Assembly: GCA_013239625.1 (NCBI GenBank)
Contig: MU053557.1
Span: 4,370,123 to 4,434,122 of the forward strand
DNA: 64,000 bases
Direction of reading: 5' to 3'
Source of the DNA: Lama guanicoe
Lineage: Eukaryota
In this document: positions 38,881 to 51,157 of the stretch, one piece after another
Position numbering within the stretch: position 1 is the stretch's first letter
Layout of the letters: each line of letters starts with the position of its first letter
The notes under the pieces: model-generated
The model's database searches: none
The model's input: only the letters and a program-made list of their open reading frames with translations
Told to the model about the DNA's origin: nothing
Translations under genes and position numbers: made by a program

Positions 38881-41430
38881 CAGTCAATTCACAAGATGTG
38901 GTCCATAGAACTTGCAGGGCCCCCAAGATCCTCTCAAGGGATCCACAAAGCCAATACTAATTTCAAGATAATACTTCCTTGCCTTTTTCACTGTGGTGAT
39001 ATTTACCACCAACGGTGTAAAAGCAGTGGCAGGTAAAACTGCTGGCTCCGTACCATGAATCAAAATAGTGACTCCCAACTGCACAATTCACCACTGTCTT
39101 CTTTATTGCTACGTATGAAAGACAAAAAAAATCTGCTTTCACTTAACACTGTGTTTAATTAAGCAATAAATGTTGTTAATTTTATTAATTCTTGACACTT
39201 CAGGATACCTCTTATTAATATTCCGCGTGACAATATCAAGACAGGTATAAAGTACTTCTGCTGGACACTGCAATACAATAGTCGTCTCCAGGAAAAACAC
39301 TCCTGCAGATGTTTCATTTGCAATGTGAATTAGCCACTTCTGTCATGAAAAAACTTTTTTACTTGAAAGAAGGACTGACTGCCTAACAAACTCTGTATTT
39401 CAGATGTAGACGTTTGGCAGACATTTTCTCTGAAATGAAGGGAGCCTGTCGCTTCAAGGAAAATCACTACCAATGTTTGTTGCCAGTGATACAATTCAAG
39501 CTTTTAGGTAAAGTCTAGAAGTTATATCTGCTACCATAAGCTTGTCAGCTTCCCAATACTTAAAGCTTTTTGGAATGAGGTTGATGGTAATTAAAGATGT
39601 GATTTTTTAAATATATGTATTATAGAACAAAGTGTGTTAACATTTGGAAGGTAAGCATAACTCAGTGAACTAGTATTTTCCCAAAGACCAATATATGATC
39701 TTACTAAATCATGCATGGGTAAAATATCCACTTAAAGTATAACTTAAACCAATGGATCACATGTAATAAAATATGAAAAGTTCATTTATATGCTTCCCTA
39801 GTCCACAGTGCAACTACCATTTCAGAAACTACTACTTGTCAATTTTGGTGTAATATCAAAGAAAAATACCCACAATTATCTAAAAAAGACCATTAAACTA
39901 TCCCTCCATTTTCCAACTATGCCTCTGAGTGAGGCCAGACTTTATGTATACACTTGAACAAAGCAGCACATTTCCAACAGATTAAATGCAGAATCAGATA
40001 TGAGAATCAAGTTGTCTTCTATTGAGCCAGATGTTAAAAAAGACATGCAAAAAACCACCTACGGAATGGGAGAAAATATTTGCAAATAATGAGACTGACA
40101 AAGGCTTAATTTCCAGAATATACAAACAGCTCATACAACTTAATAACAAAAAAATAAACAACCCAATTCTAAAATGGGCAGAAGACCTAAACAAGCAATT
40201 CTCCAATGAAGACATACAAATAGCCAATAGGCACTAAAAAAAATACTCAATATCATTAATTATCAGAGAAATGCAAATCAAAACTACAATGAGGTATCAC
40301 CTCACGCTAGTCAGAATGATCATCATTCAAAAGTCCACAAACAATAAATATGGGAGAGGCTGTGGGGAAAAGGGAATCCTCCTACACTGTTGGTGGGAAT
40401 GTAGTTTGGTGCAGCCATTATGGGAAACAGTATGGAGATTCCTCAAAAGACTAAAAATAAACTTACCATATGATCCAACAATCCCACTCCTGGGCATATA
40501 TCCAGAGGGAACCTCAATTCAAAAAGACAGATGCACCCCAATGTTCACAGCAGCACTATTCACAATAGCCAAGACATGGAAACAACCTACATGCCCATCA
40601 ACAGATGACTGAATTAAAAAAGATGTGGTATATTTATACAATGGAATACTACTCAGCCATAAAGAAGAATAAAATAATGCCATTTGCAGCAACATGGATG
40701 GACCTGGAGATTGCCATTCTAAGTGAAGTAAGGCAGAAAGAAAAAGAAAAATACCATATGATATCACTTATATGTGGAATCTGGGGGAAAAAAAAGACAC
40801 AAACAAACTTATTTACAAAACAGAAACAGATTCACAAACAGAGAAAATAAACTTATGGTTACCAGGGGTGGAAGGGATAAACTGGAAGATCAAGATTTGC
40901 AGATACTAACATAAATAAAATAGATAAACAACAAGTTTATACTGTATAGCATAAGGAACTATATTCAATATCTTGTAGTAACTTACAGTGAAAAAGAATA
41001 TGAAAATGAATATATGTATGTTCATGTGTGACCAAAGCATTGTACTGTACACCAGAAATTGTTACTACATTGTATACTGACTAGAGTTCAATAAAAATCT
41101 ATGTAATAAAAAACATGCCTGATTATACTTCAATAAAAATCTATATAAAAAAGACATGCAAAGAAATAAAACGTCATTTTTCTTAATATTATTTTTTGTC
41201 TTTGAAAATTTTTCATAAAGATGTGTTAACTATGTTAACATGTAATGGGCTTATTTTTGTTATCTGTTATTTTTAATGAAGTAACAAATCAATATTTTAA
41301 AAACTGACATGTTTTAATTTCTTACATGGTAAATATTAGTAGATATAATCTATATAAACAAACTCCGTTTGTTCAGTCACTTTTTTAAGAGAATAGGATG
41401 ATTTAATACCAAAAAGTTTCAAGATCATTG
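38881..41430 (+). mobile_element. Charlie1-type hAT DNA transposon (internally deleted), split by an L1
   Basis: 5' end 'cagtc...gtggtcc...ggtgtaaaagcagtggcaggtaaaactgctggc'; internal 'tttggcagacattttctctgaaatgaa'; 3' end 'accaaaaagtttcaagatcattg'. The sequence is continuous once 40052-41146 is removed. Confidence 0.85.
40052..41146 (+). mobile_element. 5'-truncated L1 (ORF2 C-terminus with stops plus 3'UTR)
   Basis: ORF pieces [34 protein letters not shown]; 16-bp TSD aaaaaagacatgcaaa at 40036-40051 and 41147-41162. Confidence 0.97.
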
Positions 41431-41489
41431 CTATATATAAATATTTGAGAGACAGCAAAAGAGTAAATTGAAGCCCACGTGCCAAGCAC

Positions 41490-41760
41490 AGGAAGTGACA
41501 GTCCTGTTGTGCTCTCTGTTCATCATGCTACACCAGGAACACTCAGGAATGCCCCATCCAACTCTGAGCGCCACACTTTAACAGGGAAGCTGACAAACTG
41601 AATACTACCCAAAAAGGGTAGCTGGATTAATGAGGAATATGAAAACTGTCCCCAGAGGAACAAAAAGGTAAATTTACCCTGGAGAAAAGCAAAAATAAAA
41701 ACTTATCTTAGGGAATCAAAATAGCTTCTTCAAACCCCTGAAAGATTGTAAGATAAAATT
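41490..41760 (+). mobile_element. CR1/L3 remnant
   Basis: 'ctctgagcgccacactttaacagggaagctgacaaactg...tttaccctggagaaaag...aatagcttcttcaaacccctgaaag'. Confidence 0.6.
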
Positions 41761-43452
41761 TGAATCAAAGGAATGTATAAAAATGGCCCCAAATGTACAT
41801 TTTCCTGTATCGGTGATTTTTTCTTCTGTTTTCTCCTCTCTCATTCTCTAATTATTCTTTCTATCCTAAAATGTTGTTTCTGGTCTCTTCTCTTTCCCTT
41901 CTCTTTTTCTCTTTCTTTTTCTAGCTTTCCTTCTTTCTCTCACTCTCTCCTCTTTCTCTGCTTCCCGTCTTTTTACTATCTTTCTCCCTTAATTACCCAC
42001 AACAGAAAGAAATTATATTTTTACTGTTTTTTCAGAGTTTTATCTTTTTGTCTTCAAAAAGCTGGGTGTGAGAAGAAGAACGAAGATGAGGATGTGGAGG
42101 AGGAGGAGGAAGGCAGTGGAAGGAGGAGGAGGGAGGTGAAGAGAAAGGAGAAGGGGAGGAAGAGGAAGAAGAATAAAAAATAATAATCTGCTTTTACTCC
42201 CCCTCTGTAACCTGATACATTTAATAAGGTTTAAATGTTGGTAGCTTCCAGTGTAGGAGCTAGAACATCTACTCCAAGCATGGAGAGCAGCAAGGTTGAG
42301 TAAGGCTGAGCCCTGGGATTTGGATATTATTTACTCCAAAGCCATCAGAGAGAAAGAAAAAGTCACAAAACATTAAGTGTGAATGTTTTGTAGGCAATAA
42401 AAATGGAAATAGAATAGAGTTCTGGAACATTTTCAAAACACAAGAAGAAGACTCCTCTTTTAGAAAAGGAACTTAAAAAATCTAAGATATAAACAAAATT
42501 ATGCACAAGAATATTTGTCACAATATTATTTAAAATAATGAAGAATTGAAACAGCTTAAACATCTAAAAATAAGTGAAGAGTTAAATCATTTCTGGAACA
42601 TTTATGCAATGGACTACTAAGAATGTTAAAAATTTTTTAAAATAATCAAAATATCAAGTTACCTTTAATAATTTATTCAATGTCTTTTTGTTGAGCTGCT
42701 ACCTGCACTATAACACAGGCTGGGCATTCAGTGGTGGACACAGCCCATGCCCTTACACAACTTAAATTCAAATTAAAAATATAGATTTTAAACAATTAAT
42801 TGTACAAGTAATGAATTAAATGCCATTTAATCCTTATTTCAGTAAACACGCAATTCTATAACATAGTTTGTGTTATTAGATCCATTTTACAGATAAAAAC
42901 ATGAGGCTCACTGAGGTAAACAGAAGTTAGGTGGCAGAGCTGGAATTCAGATCCCAGTGGCCTGACTCCAGAGCCCAAACTCTAAACAAATCTCAAGGAA
43001 GGGCACAGAGCTGTCAGATGAGCCCCTCCGAGGCCCAACCAGGGAGAAGACCTAGCCCAGACCCAAGTATAAAGCAAAATTTTGTGGAAAAAGCAGTCTC
43101 TGCCCAAGACCTAAAAAATGGGCTGCAGTTTTTTAAGAGGCTCCTGACAAGGATGTGGGGACACTTTCCAAGAACTGAAAGCTCAGGAGGACTGCATGTG
43201 CTTTACCGACAGGGCTGGGGGACAAGGGACGGGGTGGGGGTGGGGCGGTAGGGGAGGCAGAAATGAGGCCAGAAGGGTAACCAGGGAACTGATGCCATAG
43301 GGCCCTGAAAGCTCAGTTACCACATTTAAATTGACCCTTAAAACTACTGAAAGTGTTTGAAGCAGAAAAGCATCAGGGTCAGTTTTCCATCTACAGAATA
43401 TAATTCTGGCAGCCCGGTGGAGAATAATTTGAACGCGTCAAGAATGAAGGCC

Positions 43453-43910
43453 GACCGGCAAAGCCCACGAACAACTCCCAGGAAACAATAGAACGTGGGT
43501 AATAAAATAAAGTCTAACCTTTTCTTCCATGTGCTTAGTCTAGTTTCACTTGCTCATGGAGTGCCGTGCAGAGGCTTCACCAACCGGCACCTCAGACCTG
43601 GTGCAAAATGTCTGCTCCCGGACTCGTCACTGGGCGGCTAGCTGTGTGTAGAAACCCGGCGCACGACACCGCAATTCAAGATGGCGGTGGCTGGCCGTGC
43701 GCCAAGACGCTGCACGGGGGACTGCCCTCCAGTCCCAGAGCGCCACGGCTGTGCCAGACTCGCGAGAACTGCACGAACCCTATAGGGCAGCCCTGCCCAC
43801 AGCCTTTATGGGCGGGCATGTGCTCTAGAGCAGGAGCTTGCACCTCTCTATTCTTTGATGGAAGAATAAAGCTTTCCTTTGCTTCTGGGAATTCAAAAAA
43901 AAGAAAGAAA
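43453..43910 (+). mobile_element. CpG-rich, poly(A)-tailed, TSD-flanked retro-insertion of non-L1 RNA (ERV2 LTR-like 3' end)
   Basis: TSD aatgaaggcc at 43443-43452 and 43911-43920; AATAAA 43865-43870; A-rich tail from 43895; YY1 motif caagatggcg; about 23 CpGs by hand count. The mechanism is well supported; the ERV identity is inferred. Confidence 0.75.
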
Positions 43911-44015
43911 AATGAAGGCCCAGAGGCCAATTAGAAGGCTACTGCAGTCAAACAGCAGAGAGATGATGATGTGAGAACCAGAATGGAAGAAGTAAGGAAA
44001 AAAGATATCTGGTCC

Positions 44016-44672
44016 TGCTGCCGGTGGATGCAACTGGTGTTCCAGGTTCTTGTCCCATCCCAGAAAGAATTCAGAGACAAGACGTAGTGGTTAAAAAAAG
44101 TAAAGTGAGAATTTAATAAAGTATGGATAGTCACTCTCAGGGGAGAGCAGACAGGCTCAGGTGAGCGGCTGCCTTGTGTTTCTTTGGCAAGTTAATCACA
44201 TAGGGTGCAAAAATGAATGGGCAGAATATTCATTGGGGAGGGAAGGGTTTGGGGTCATATTCCCTGATTACCATCCCAACTCCACCTTCCCAAAAGGAGA
44301 AGGGATTTTTGTTCTTATTTAGTCTGGATCAGAAGCGTCACAGCGTCAGTGCATGATGGGTACTTCTGATCTGCAAGGCTAATTTTATTGAAATAAGGGC
44401 ATAATGAGCAAAAGGTTACATTTGGACACTGGAAATTCTTGCCTTTTCTCACCTTTCTTTGTTGGTCTCCAGGTCACTCATCACCCCAAAAGGTGTGACC
44501 CCTTATCAGCCGAAAGGTTTCTGCTTTTCTTTCTCTGCCCAGGGACCCCTGGTGCTTACATGATGTATGGTTTCCTGCATTTGGCTTGTGCCCCTTCTTT
44601 CTGCCCAATTCCTGCCATTTGGTCTATGTTCCCCTTTCTCTGCTCATATCTAGCTATCTGCCCGCTCTAACA
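44016..44672 (-). mobile_element. ERV1-class solo LTR, 657 bp
   Basis: TG...CA termini, 4-bp TSD gtcc (44012-44015 / 44673-44676); minus strand starts TGTTAGAGCGGGCAGATAGCTAGATATGAGCAG; ATTAAA poly(A) signal on minus near 44112-44117. Confidence 0.9.
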
Positions 44673-46647
44673 GTCCCAGAAATATGCTGCAAGGAAAGCT
44701 GTTAGACATTAATTGAATATGGGGAGGTGAGAGAGGGGCGGAAATGGGAAGCTAGGATGAGGCTCACGTACAGGTAGATCAAGTAATCTGCCAAATGAGG
44801 TGCCATTTACTAACAGAGGGGACACAGAAGTCAGGGGTGGGGATGTCATTTTGTGGGAGGAGGTAATGAGTTCACCTGAGGACAAGCTGGGTTGAAGCAC
44901 CTCTGTAGCATTTAGGTAGCAATGCCCAGTGAGAAGGTAGAGTCAAGCTCAGGAGAAGGAGCTGGGCTAGAGTTCTGTGTATCTGATTGATGACTGAGCC
45001 TTGGGAGTGAATGAGATTCCCTTGGGAGGAGCGTGTAGTGAGAGGATAAGAAGGCCGGACAGAATCTGAAGAACACCAACAGGGAAGGGTTGAGCCAAAG
45101 AATAAGACTGAAAAGAACAAAAATGACTGGAGAATGAGCAGCAGCCAGAAAAGCAGCAAGGACAATGCGTACGGAGGAATAGTGTGGTGTCCTGGAATCC
45201 TGCAAAGAGAATAACTCCTGAAGGCAGAAGTAGTCTGCAGACAAAGAAATGTGAACTGCATTTAGAAACCAGGAAGTTGTCGGTCACCTTTGGGAAGCCA
45301 GTTTCAGTGGCAAGCTGGGGGCAGAAGCCAGACTCTCTGGTAGCTGATGAGCAGATGAGTAGGAGGAGAAGAAATGGAGATGGCACATGGAGACACAGGG
45401 CTATAGAGGCAAAGAGAAAGGTGGTGGGGCAGCTGGTGCAGAACCCATGCTAAATACTGGGTATCCGTTCATAGTTATCATGATGTGAACAGATGAATTA
45501 GACCAATTTCTCTTTGCATGGGACTAGAACTGATAAGCAACGTTACTACTAGTTCAGGAACCACTGAACTTCCAAATCACTGGATTTCTCTAAAAGGAAA
45601 ACACCAAAAATAAAGATTATGGAGAATATCACAGCATTTGATTTTGACACCAAGGAGGCTACAACTGACCTTTTGATTCTACAGCAATAATAAAAATTAT
45701 TTTTAGTATAATAATATCAGTTAACACTTGTTGATCACTCATTATGTGTTGTGTGTTATTTTAAAGACTTGACACATATCAATAATTTAATCCTCACAGC
45801 AACTTGTAAGTCATTATCCCCATTTTGCAGATGCAGGGAGTTGAAGGAACTTGTCCACAGACACACAAGTAAGTATCAGAGGAAAGATTCTTTAGGGGTG
45901 TTTCTTCCTGACTTGTCCCAGGGACAGAGGAGAAAAATAAATTGACAGAGTCTAGGGCAGGAAACGTGAAGTAATTCTGAGGTTGCCAGTGTACTTCCAT
46001 TCCAGAAAAGCCCTGGCATGAAAGGAGAACAAACTGGTCTTCAGACACTCTCGGTTCCTGTTTCCCAGTGTCTCAGGAGCAGACAATGGGCTTCCCTGAG
46101 CCAAATGCTTTAGGCTCTGCTGGCACTAACCACTTAACTATGTTCTTTGAAAATCTAGCTGTCTGATGGCAGGAATACATCAGTGAACTAAAGATCCCAG
46201 AGGACTACTGAAAAGTAGAAAGCAAAAAAATCTTTCTTAGAAATGGTCCTCCCAATTTGATGCCATATCTGCACACCTTTATGCAATCTACTGAGTGCTT
46301 CCATACTCATTATCTCATTTAATTTCCACAACAATCCAAAGGTAGACAAGGAGGGATTGTGGCCCCTGGACCTTTGCACATCCTGTTCACTCTTCTTGAA
46401 ACATTCTTTCTCGTCTCCCCTGTTCTTATGTTACTGCTGAGTCATTTGGCTTATCGTTTTCTATGCCTTGGTCCACTGAGTTAAAGGAGAAGATAACAGT
46501 CTTTGGTTGCAGACTATATGAGATTACGATCTATGTCGCTCCTTAAAGGGAAGAAACATCAATATCAGTCCATTCTTGGCTGCCTGAGTACCCCAGAAAT
46601 ACTCAAGAATAAGTGAAATCTAAGCTACTTAGAACTTTAAGAGGCTT

Positions 46648-47143
46648 GTATCAGTCAGGGTTCAGTTGGGGGGAGATTCATTGTGAGTGTTATCAAATAA
46701 AAGATTTACTATAAAAATTACACCTTAGACAACTGTGGGAGTTGCTGGGGAAGTGAAAGTTTTAAAAAAGCATATTTGAAGGCTTAGAAAAGGAGTCATA
46801 GTAAATCTGAAAAGTCAAGCATGTCCAGCCACCAAAGTAGGCTCACAAAGGGGAGATGCATGAAAAGCTCTGAGGGACCATTACCTCTCAGTGGCTACTG
46901 CCTCTGGCGGGAACTAAGATGAGGTGGTGAGCCTGGAGCTAGTGGTTGTCAAGAGGAAGAGCTGGAGGAGCTGAAACACACTAGGTATCTCTGCACCTGT
47001 TAGCACAACGACCTTCAGAGAGTAACAATGGCTGCTGCTTCACTCCTGCCCTCCAAATGTTGTACAAGTTCCTCTTGTGCACAACTCTGGCCTGGGACCA
47101 TAAAAGGAAGAATATGTAGTTCCCAACTAAACTAAACTGACAC
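46648..47143 (-). mobile_element. Old ERVL-class solo LTR (subfamily uncertain)
   Basis: Ends 'tgtatcagtcagggttcag' ... 'tgtagttcccaactaaactaaactgacaca'; internal 'atggctgctgcttcactcctgccctccaaat'. Confidence 0.6.
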
Positions 47144-47745
47144 AGCAAAATTCCAGCACACACTCCTGAAAAGTAAAAGGCAAACTAAAGTAAGGATTCC
47201 CTAACATGGGAAGGGTTGTCATATTAGGTTCACCCTTCACTCCCCTTATGTGTCCCACATACCCGCTTTGCCATCAAATTCTATAGCGTTTATCTTCACA
47301 GCCACACATTCATTTATCCCCTCTTCTCTACCCCCATGGTCATCCCCCTAGTTCTGATTCTCCTTACCTTTGTCTTCGAGACCCAGTGTCTTTCAAGTCA
47401 CCTGCTCACGCTGCTCTTTCTGACCTCTGCATCCTTTTCACTCGATACTTCTGCCTACAATGCTTTTTCCCTCCTTTATACTTCAGGTCTCTGTTTAAAT
47501 ATCACTTCCTTCTGGAATAATGTTTGTATCACTCCAAAATTCTGAGTCAGGTACTTCTCTATTCTAGCACTCATTACATTTCATGTATTATTTAATTAAT
47601 TACCTATCTTTCTCTGTATCCTCACCAACTACTGCCTGGCAGATAGGGGCTCAGTAATTGTTAGATGATTGACAGAATCAATGAATTAATGAGTAAATGA
47701 ATGGTGTCTCTCCATTTCCCATGTGTCTTCTCTTCAATATCTTTT

Positions 47746-47915
47746 TTTTAACTTTTATTATTTTTTAAATTGAGGTAAAGTCAGTTTACTGTGTTGTGGC
47801 AATTTCTGGTGTACAGCACAATGCTTCAGTCATACATGAATATACATATATTTATTTTCATATTCTTTTTCACCATGAGCTACTACAAGATATCAAATAT
47901 AGTTCCCTGTGCTAT
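47746..47915 (-). mobile_element. 170-bp L1 3'UTR insertion
   Basis: Reverse complement of the 3'UTR type seen at 40940-41090 and 61500-61640; TSD aatatctttt at 47736-47745 and 47916-47925. Confidence 0.92.
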
Positions 47916-48169
47916 AATATCTTTTATATTCTACATTGACATTATCTTTCTGAGAGCCTGACCTTCTTCTGTGACTTGTCATTGCCAGCGAAATAAAATC
48001 CAAAACCTCACCTGTGTATTTAAGAACCACCACATGTGATACTAGCCTACCTTTTTTTAAACGATCTCCCTGTATTCCTCTCCATGTTTCCCCTGCATAC
48101 CAGCCAAACTGATATACAAATTATTCCCTGGAGAAGAGTAATTATTTACAATAATTTTTTAAAAACAGC

Positions 48170-48420
48170 TTTTATTTATTGAACATATGTACCAGGTACT
48201 GTGATAAACACTGTATATACTATATCTTCACAATATATGCAGATGTGGATGTGAGTCATCACAATAATCACATCACAAAAGCAATCACAGTAAGAGATGA
48301 GAACACTAAGGTTCAAAAAGGATGTCCCTTGCCCAAGGTCACATAGCTGGCAAATGATAAAACCAGCATCTAAGCTCATGTACTACCTTACCCCAGAGTC
48401 AAGATTATAACCACGCCACT
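48170..48420 (-). mobile_element. MIR SINE
   Basis: 'atttattgaacatatgtaccaggtactgtgataaacact...agatgagaacactaaggttca...ttgcccaaggtcacatagctgg'. Confidence 0.8.
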
Positions 48421-49673
48421 GTACCACATCTTCCTATAAGTGGTTCTCAATAACTGTTCAATTGTCCAGCTCACCACTGTCAGAATTGCCCCTACTCACC
48501 CTCTTGTATAAGTGCCTTTGCTTTACAGGTAAGGCGACAATTCCCAGGAAGGCTAAGTGACAGCCCCTGATGGTGGTAAACCAGAACACTGGCTTGCTGT
48601 CCAGTTGTTTTCCATTATAGGAACTGTCTCCTTCCCTGACTAGAAATTGATCTTAAACCATGGCATGATGAGCGCGAATCCTCCCCACCAGAAGGCAGGG
48701 AGAACACTCAGCACACCTAGTCTTCGCTCCGTCTGCACCCCTGCCTACTAAAATTCAACCTTATTCTGCTGGTCCTCCAGCCATCTGTTTCCTGTTTTCT
48801 AAGAATATGGAGAAGAGTGAGTCACAAAGAGATCGTGCCTGCCTTCCAGGAGCTTCAAAATAAATAGTTACAATACTGATTGGAACTCTGGGACCAGTAC
48901 ACAAAGGTTCCATGAAAACAAGCCCTCAAGACTTTCCACTCATACAAGCAATGGAGCCAGGGAGTCCAGAAAGCTGCGTGTTTATTCTGAGTGGAAAATT
49001 ATCACCTTCCTGGAGGAGATGGAATTGTAAGAGAAGCTGAAATGCTTCAAGATATGGAGTCCATCCACCCAGAAACTAGACGCTGGGAGGGGCTAGAGGA
49101 TATCCTGAGAAGACATGGAGATGGGAAAAGTGTTTCAGACTGAAGGGGCAGAGAATTTTCTCATTCATTCAATCATTTTTTCCCCAAAATATACTTATGA
49201 TGTACCTACTGTGAGTCAGGGATTGTACGAGAATGTAAAGCAAAAGGACTTGATTTAGAACTGTATTGGCAGAGGCCATTTAAGCTGAGGTCTGAAGCTA
49301 TGAAATTGGGTAAAAACAGGAAAGGCATTCCAGGTAGGTGCAAACAGCAGGTGCAATAGCCCTGAGGTAAAAGAGCACCTTGTACATTGGAGGAACTGAA
49401 AGAAGGCCCTTGTTCACAGAGAAATTTTTTTTTTGACACAGAGAAATATTACCATGAAATGAGATGATGGATTGGTTAACAAGTACCAAATCATGAAAAG
49501 CCCTTTAGTTTATTTCCTGGATGTTTATAGTTAGGAGGTAGCAAGTTAAAACTTGACTCCAAAATTCTTTGGTACTCTTCCCACTGAGAGGAGCTCTAGG
49601 TACTCATCTTGAATCTGGGCTCTGTGATGCTGTGCCAGAATCTGGGCTCAGATCTTAAGAAATGGCAACTTGT

Positions 49674-51157
49674 CTAAGCAAGGAGGTGAAAGAATTATAC
49701 ACAGAAAACTATAAACCATTGATGAAGGAAATTAAAGAAGACTTTAAAAAATGGAAAGATATTCCATGCTCTTGGATTGGAAGTATCAATATTGTTAAAA
49801 TGGTCACATTGCCCAAGGCAATCTACAGATTTAATGCAATCCCTATCCAATTACCCAGGACATATTTCACAGAACTAGAACAAATCATAATAAAATTTAT
49901 ATGGAACCATCAAAGACCTAGAATTGCTAAAGCATTATGAAGAGAAAGAAAGAGGCTGGAGGAATAACTCTCCCAGACTTCAGACAATACTATAGAGCTA
50001 CAGTCATCAAGACAGCATGGTATTGGTACCAAAACAGACATATAGACCAATGGAACAGAATAGAGAGCCCAGAAATGAACCCACAAACTTTTGGTCAACT
50101 CATCTTCGACAAAGGAGGCAAGAATATACAATGGAATAAAGACAGTCTCTTCAGCAAATGGTGTTGGGAAAACTGGACAGCAGCATGTAAAACAATGAAG
50201 CTAGAACACACCCTTACACCATATACAAAAATCAACTCAAAATGGATCAAAGACTTAAACATAAGACAAGATACAATAAACCTCCTAGAGGAAAACATAG
50301 GCAAAACATTATCTGACATACATTTCAAAAATTTTCTCCTAGAAGAAATAAAAGCAAGAATAAACAAATGGGACCTAATGAAACTTACAAGCTTCTGCAG
50401 AGCAAAGGAAACCAGAAATAAAACAAGAAGAAAACCTACGGAATGGGAGAAAATTTTTGCAAGTGAAACCGACAAAGGCTTGATCTCCAAAATATATAAG
50501 CAGCTCATACGACTCAATAAGAAAAAAATAAACAACCCAATCCAAAAATGGGCAGAAGACCTAAACAAGCAATTCTCCAAGGAAGACATACAAATGATCA
50601 AAAAGCACATGAAAAAATGCTCAATATCACTAATTATCAGAGAAATGCAAATCAAAACTACAATGAGGTATCACCTCACACCAGTCAGAATGGCCGTCAT
50701 TCAAAAATCCAAAAATGACAAATGCTGGAGAGGCTGTGGAGAAAGGGGAACCCTCCTACACTGCTGGTGGGAATGCAGTTTGGTGCAGCCACTATGGAAA
50801 ACAGTGTGGAGATTCCTCAAAAGACTAGGAATAGACTTACCATATGACCCAGGAATCCCACTCCTGGGCTTGTATCCAGAAGGAAATCTACTTCAGGATG
50901 ACACCTGCACCCCAATGTTCATAGCAGCACTATTTACAATAGCCAAAACATGGAAACAGCCTAAATGTCCATCAACAGGTGACTGGATAAAGAAGAGGTG
51001 GTATATTTATACAATGGAATACTACTCAGCCATAAAAACCGACAACATAATGCCATTTGCAGCAACATGGATGCTCCTAGAGAATGTCATTCTAAGTGAA
51101 GTAAGCCAGAAAGAGAAAGAAAAATACCATATGAGATCGCTCATATGTGGAATCTAA
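49674..51157 (+). pseudogene. L1 ORF2p C-terminal portion (post-RT region plus CCHC motif), one frameshift near 49937
   Basis: [59 protein letters not shown]; 406-aa open stretch 49937-51157; lacks endonuclease and RT core, so it cannot be autonomous. Confidence 0.95.

Larger units (their letters stand above)
42660..45400 (-). mobile_element. Long fragmented L2 hosting a MIR (~42830-42985), a retro-insertion (43453-43910) and a solo LTR (44016-44672)
   Basis: L2-like text continues across each insertion, e.g. 'gtggagaataatttgaacgcgtcaagaatgaaggcc|cagaggccaattagaaggctactgcagt...gagagatgatg'; later 'gtgccatttactaa', 'ggagctgggctagag', 'gtttcagtggcaagctgggggcagaagccaga'. Confidence 0.8.

Noticed and set aside
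41773..42183. 136-aa ORF with hydrophobic then acidic/basic segments
   Set aside because: It is a translation of low-complexity pyrimidine and purine tracts.
43560..43820. CpG-island promoter of a host gene, and ORFs 43566-43934 / 43676-43930
   Set aside because: The CpG-rich DNA lies wholly within a TSD-bounded insertion, and the ORFs run through the A tail.
45480..45620. Strong minus-strand acceptor (AG at 45591-45590)
   Set aside because: No convincing downstream donor or open frame was found.
50095..50655. 186-aa minus-strand ORF (and similar ORFs at 39994-40227 and 60342-61185)
   Set aside because: These are antisense frames of L1 ORF2 that recur in each L1 copy.
49937..51157. 406-aa ORF as a host gene
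   Set aside because: It is the L1 ORF2p C-terminus inside a TSD-flanked truncated L1, with no endonuclease or RT core.
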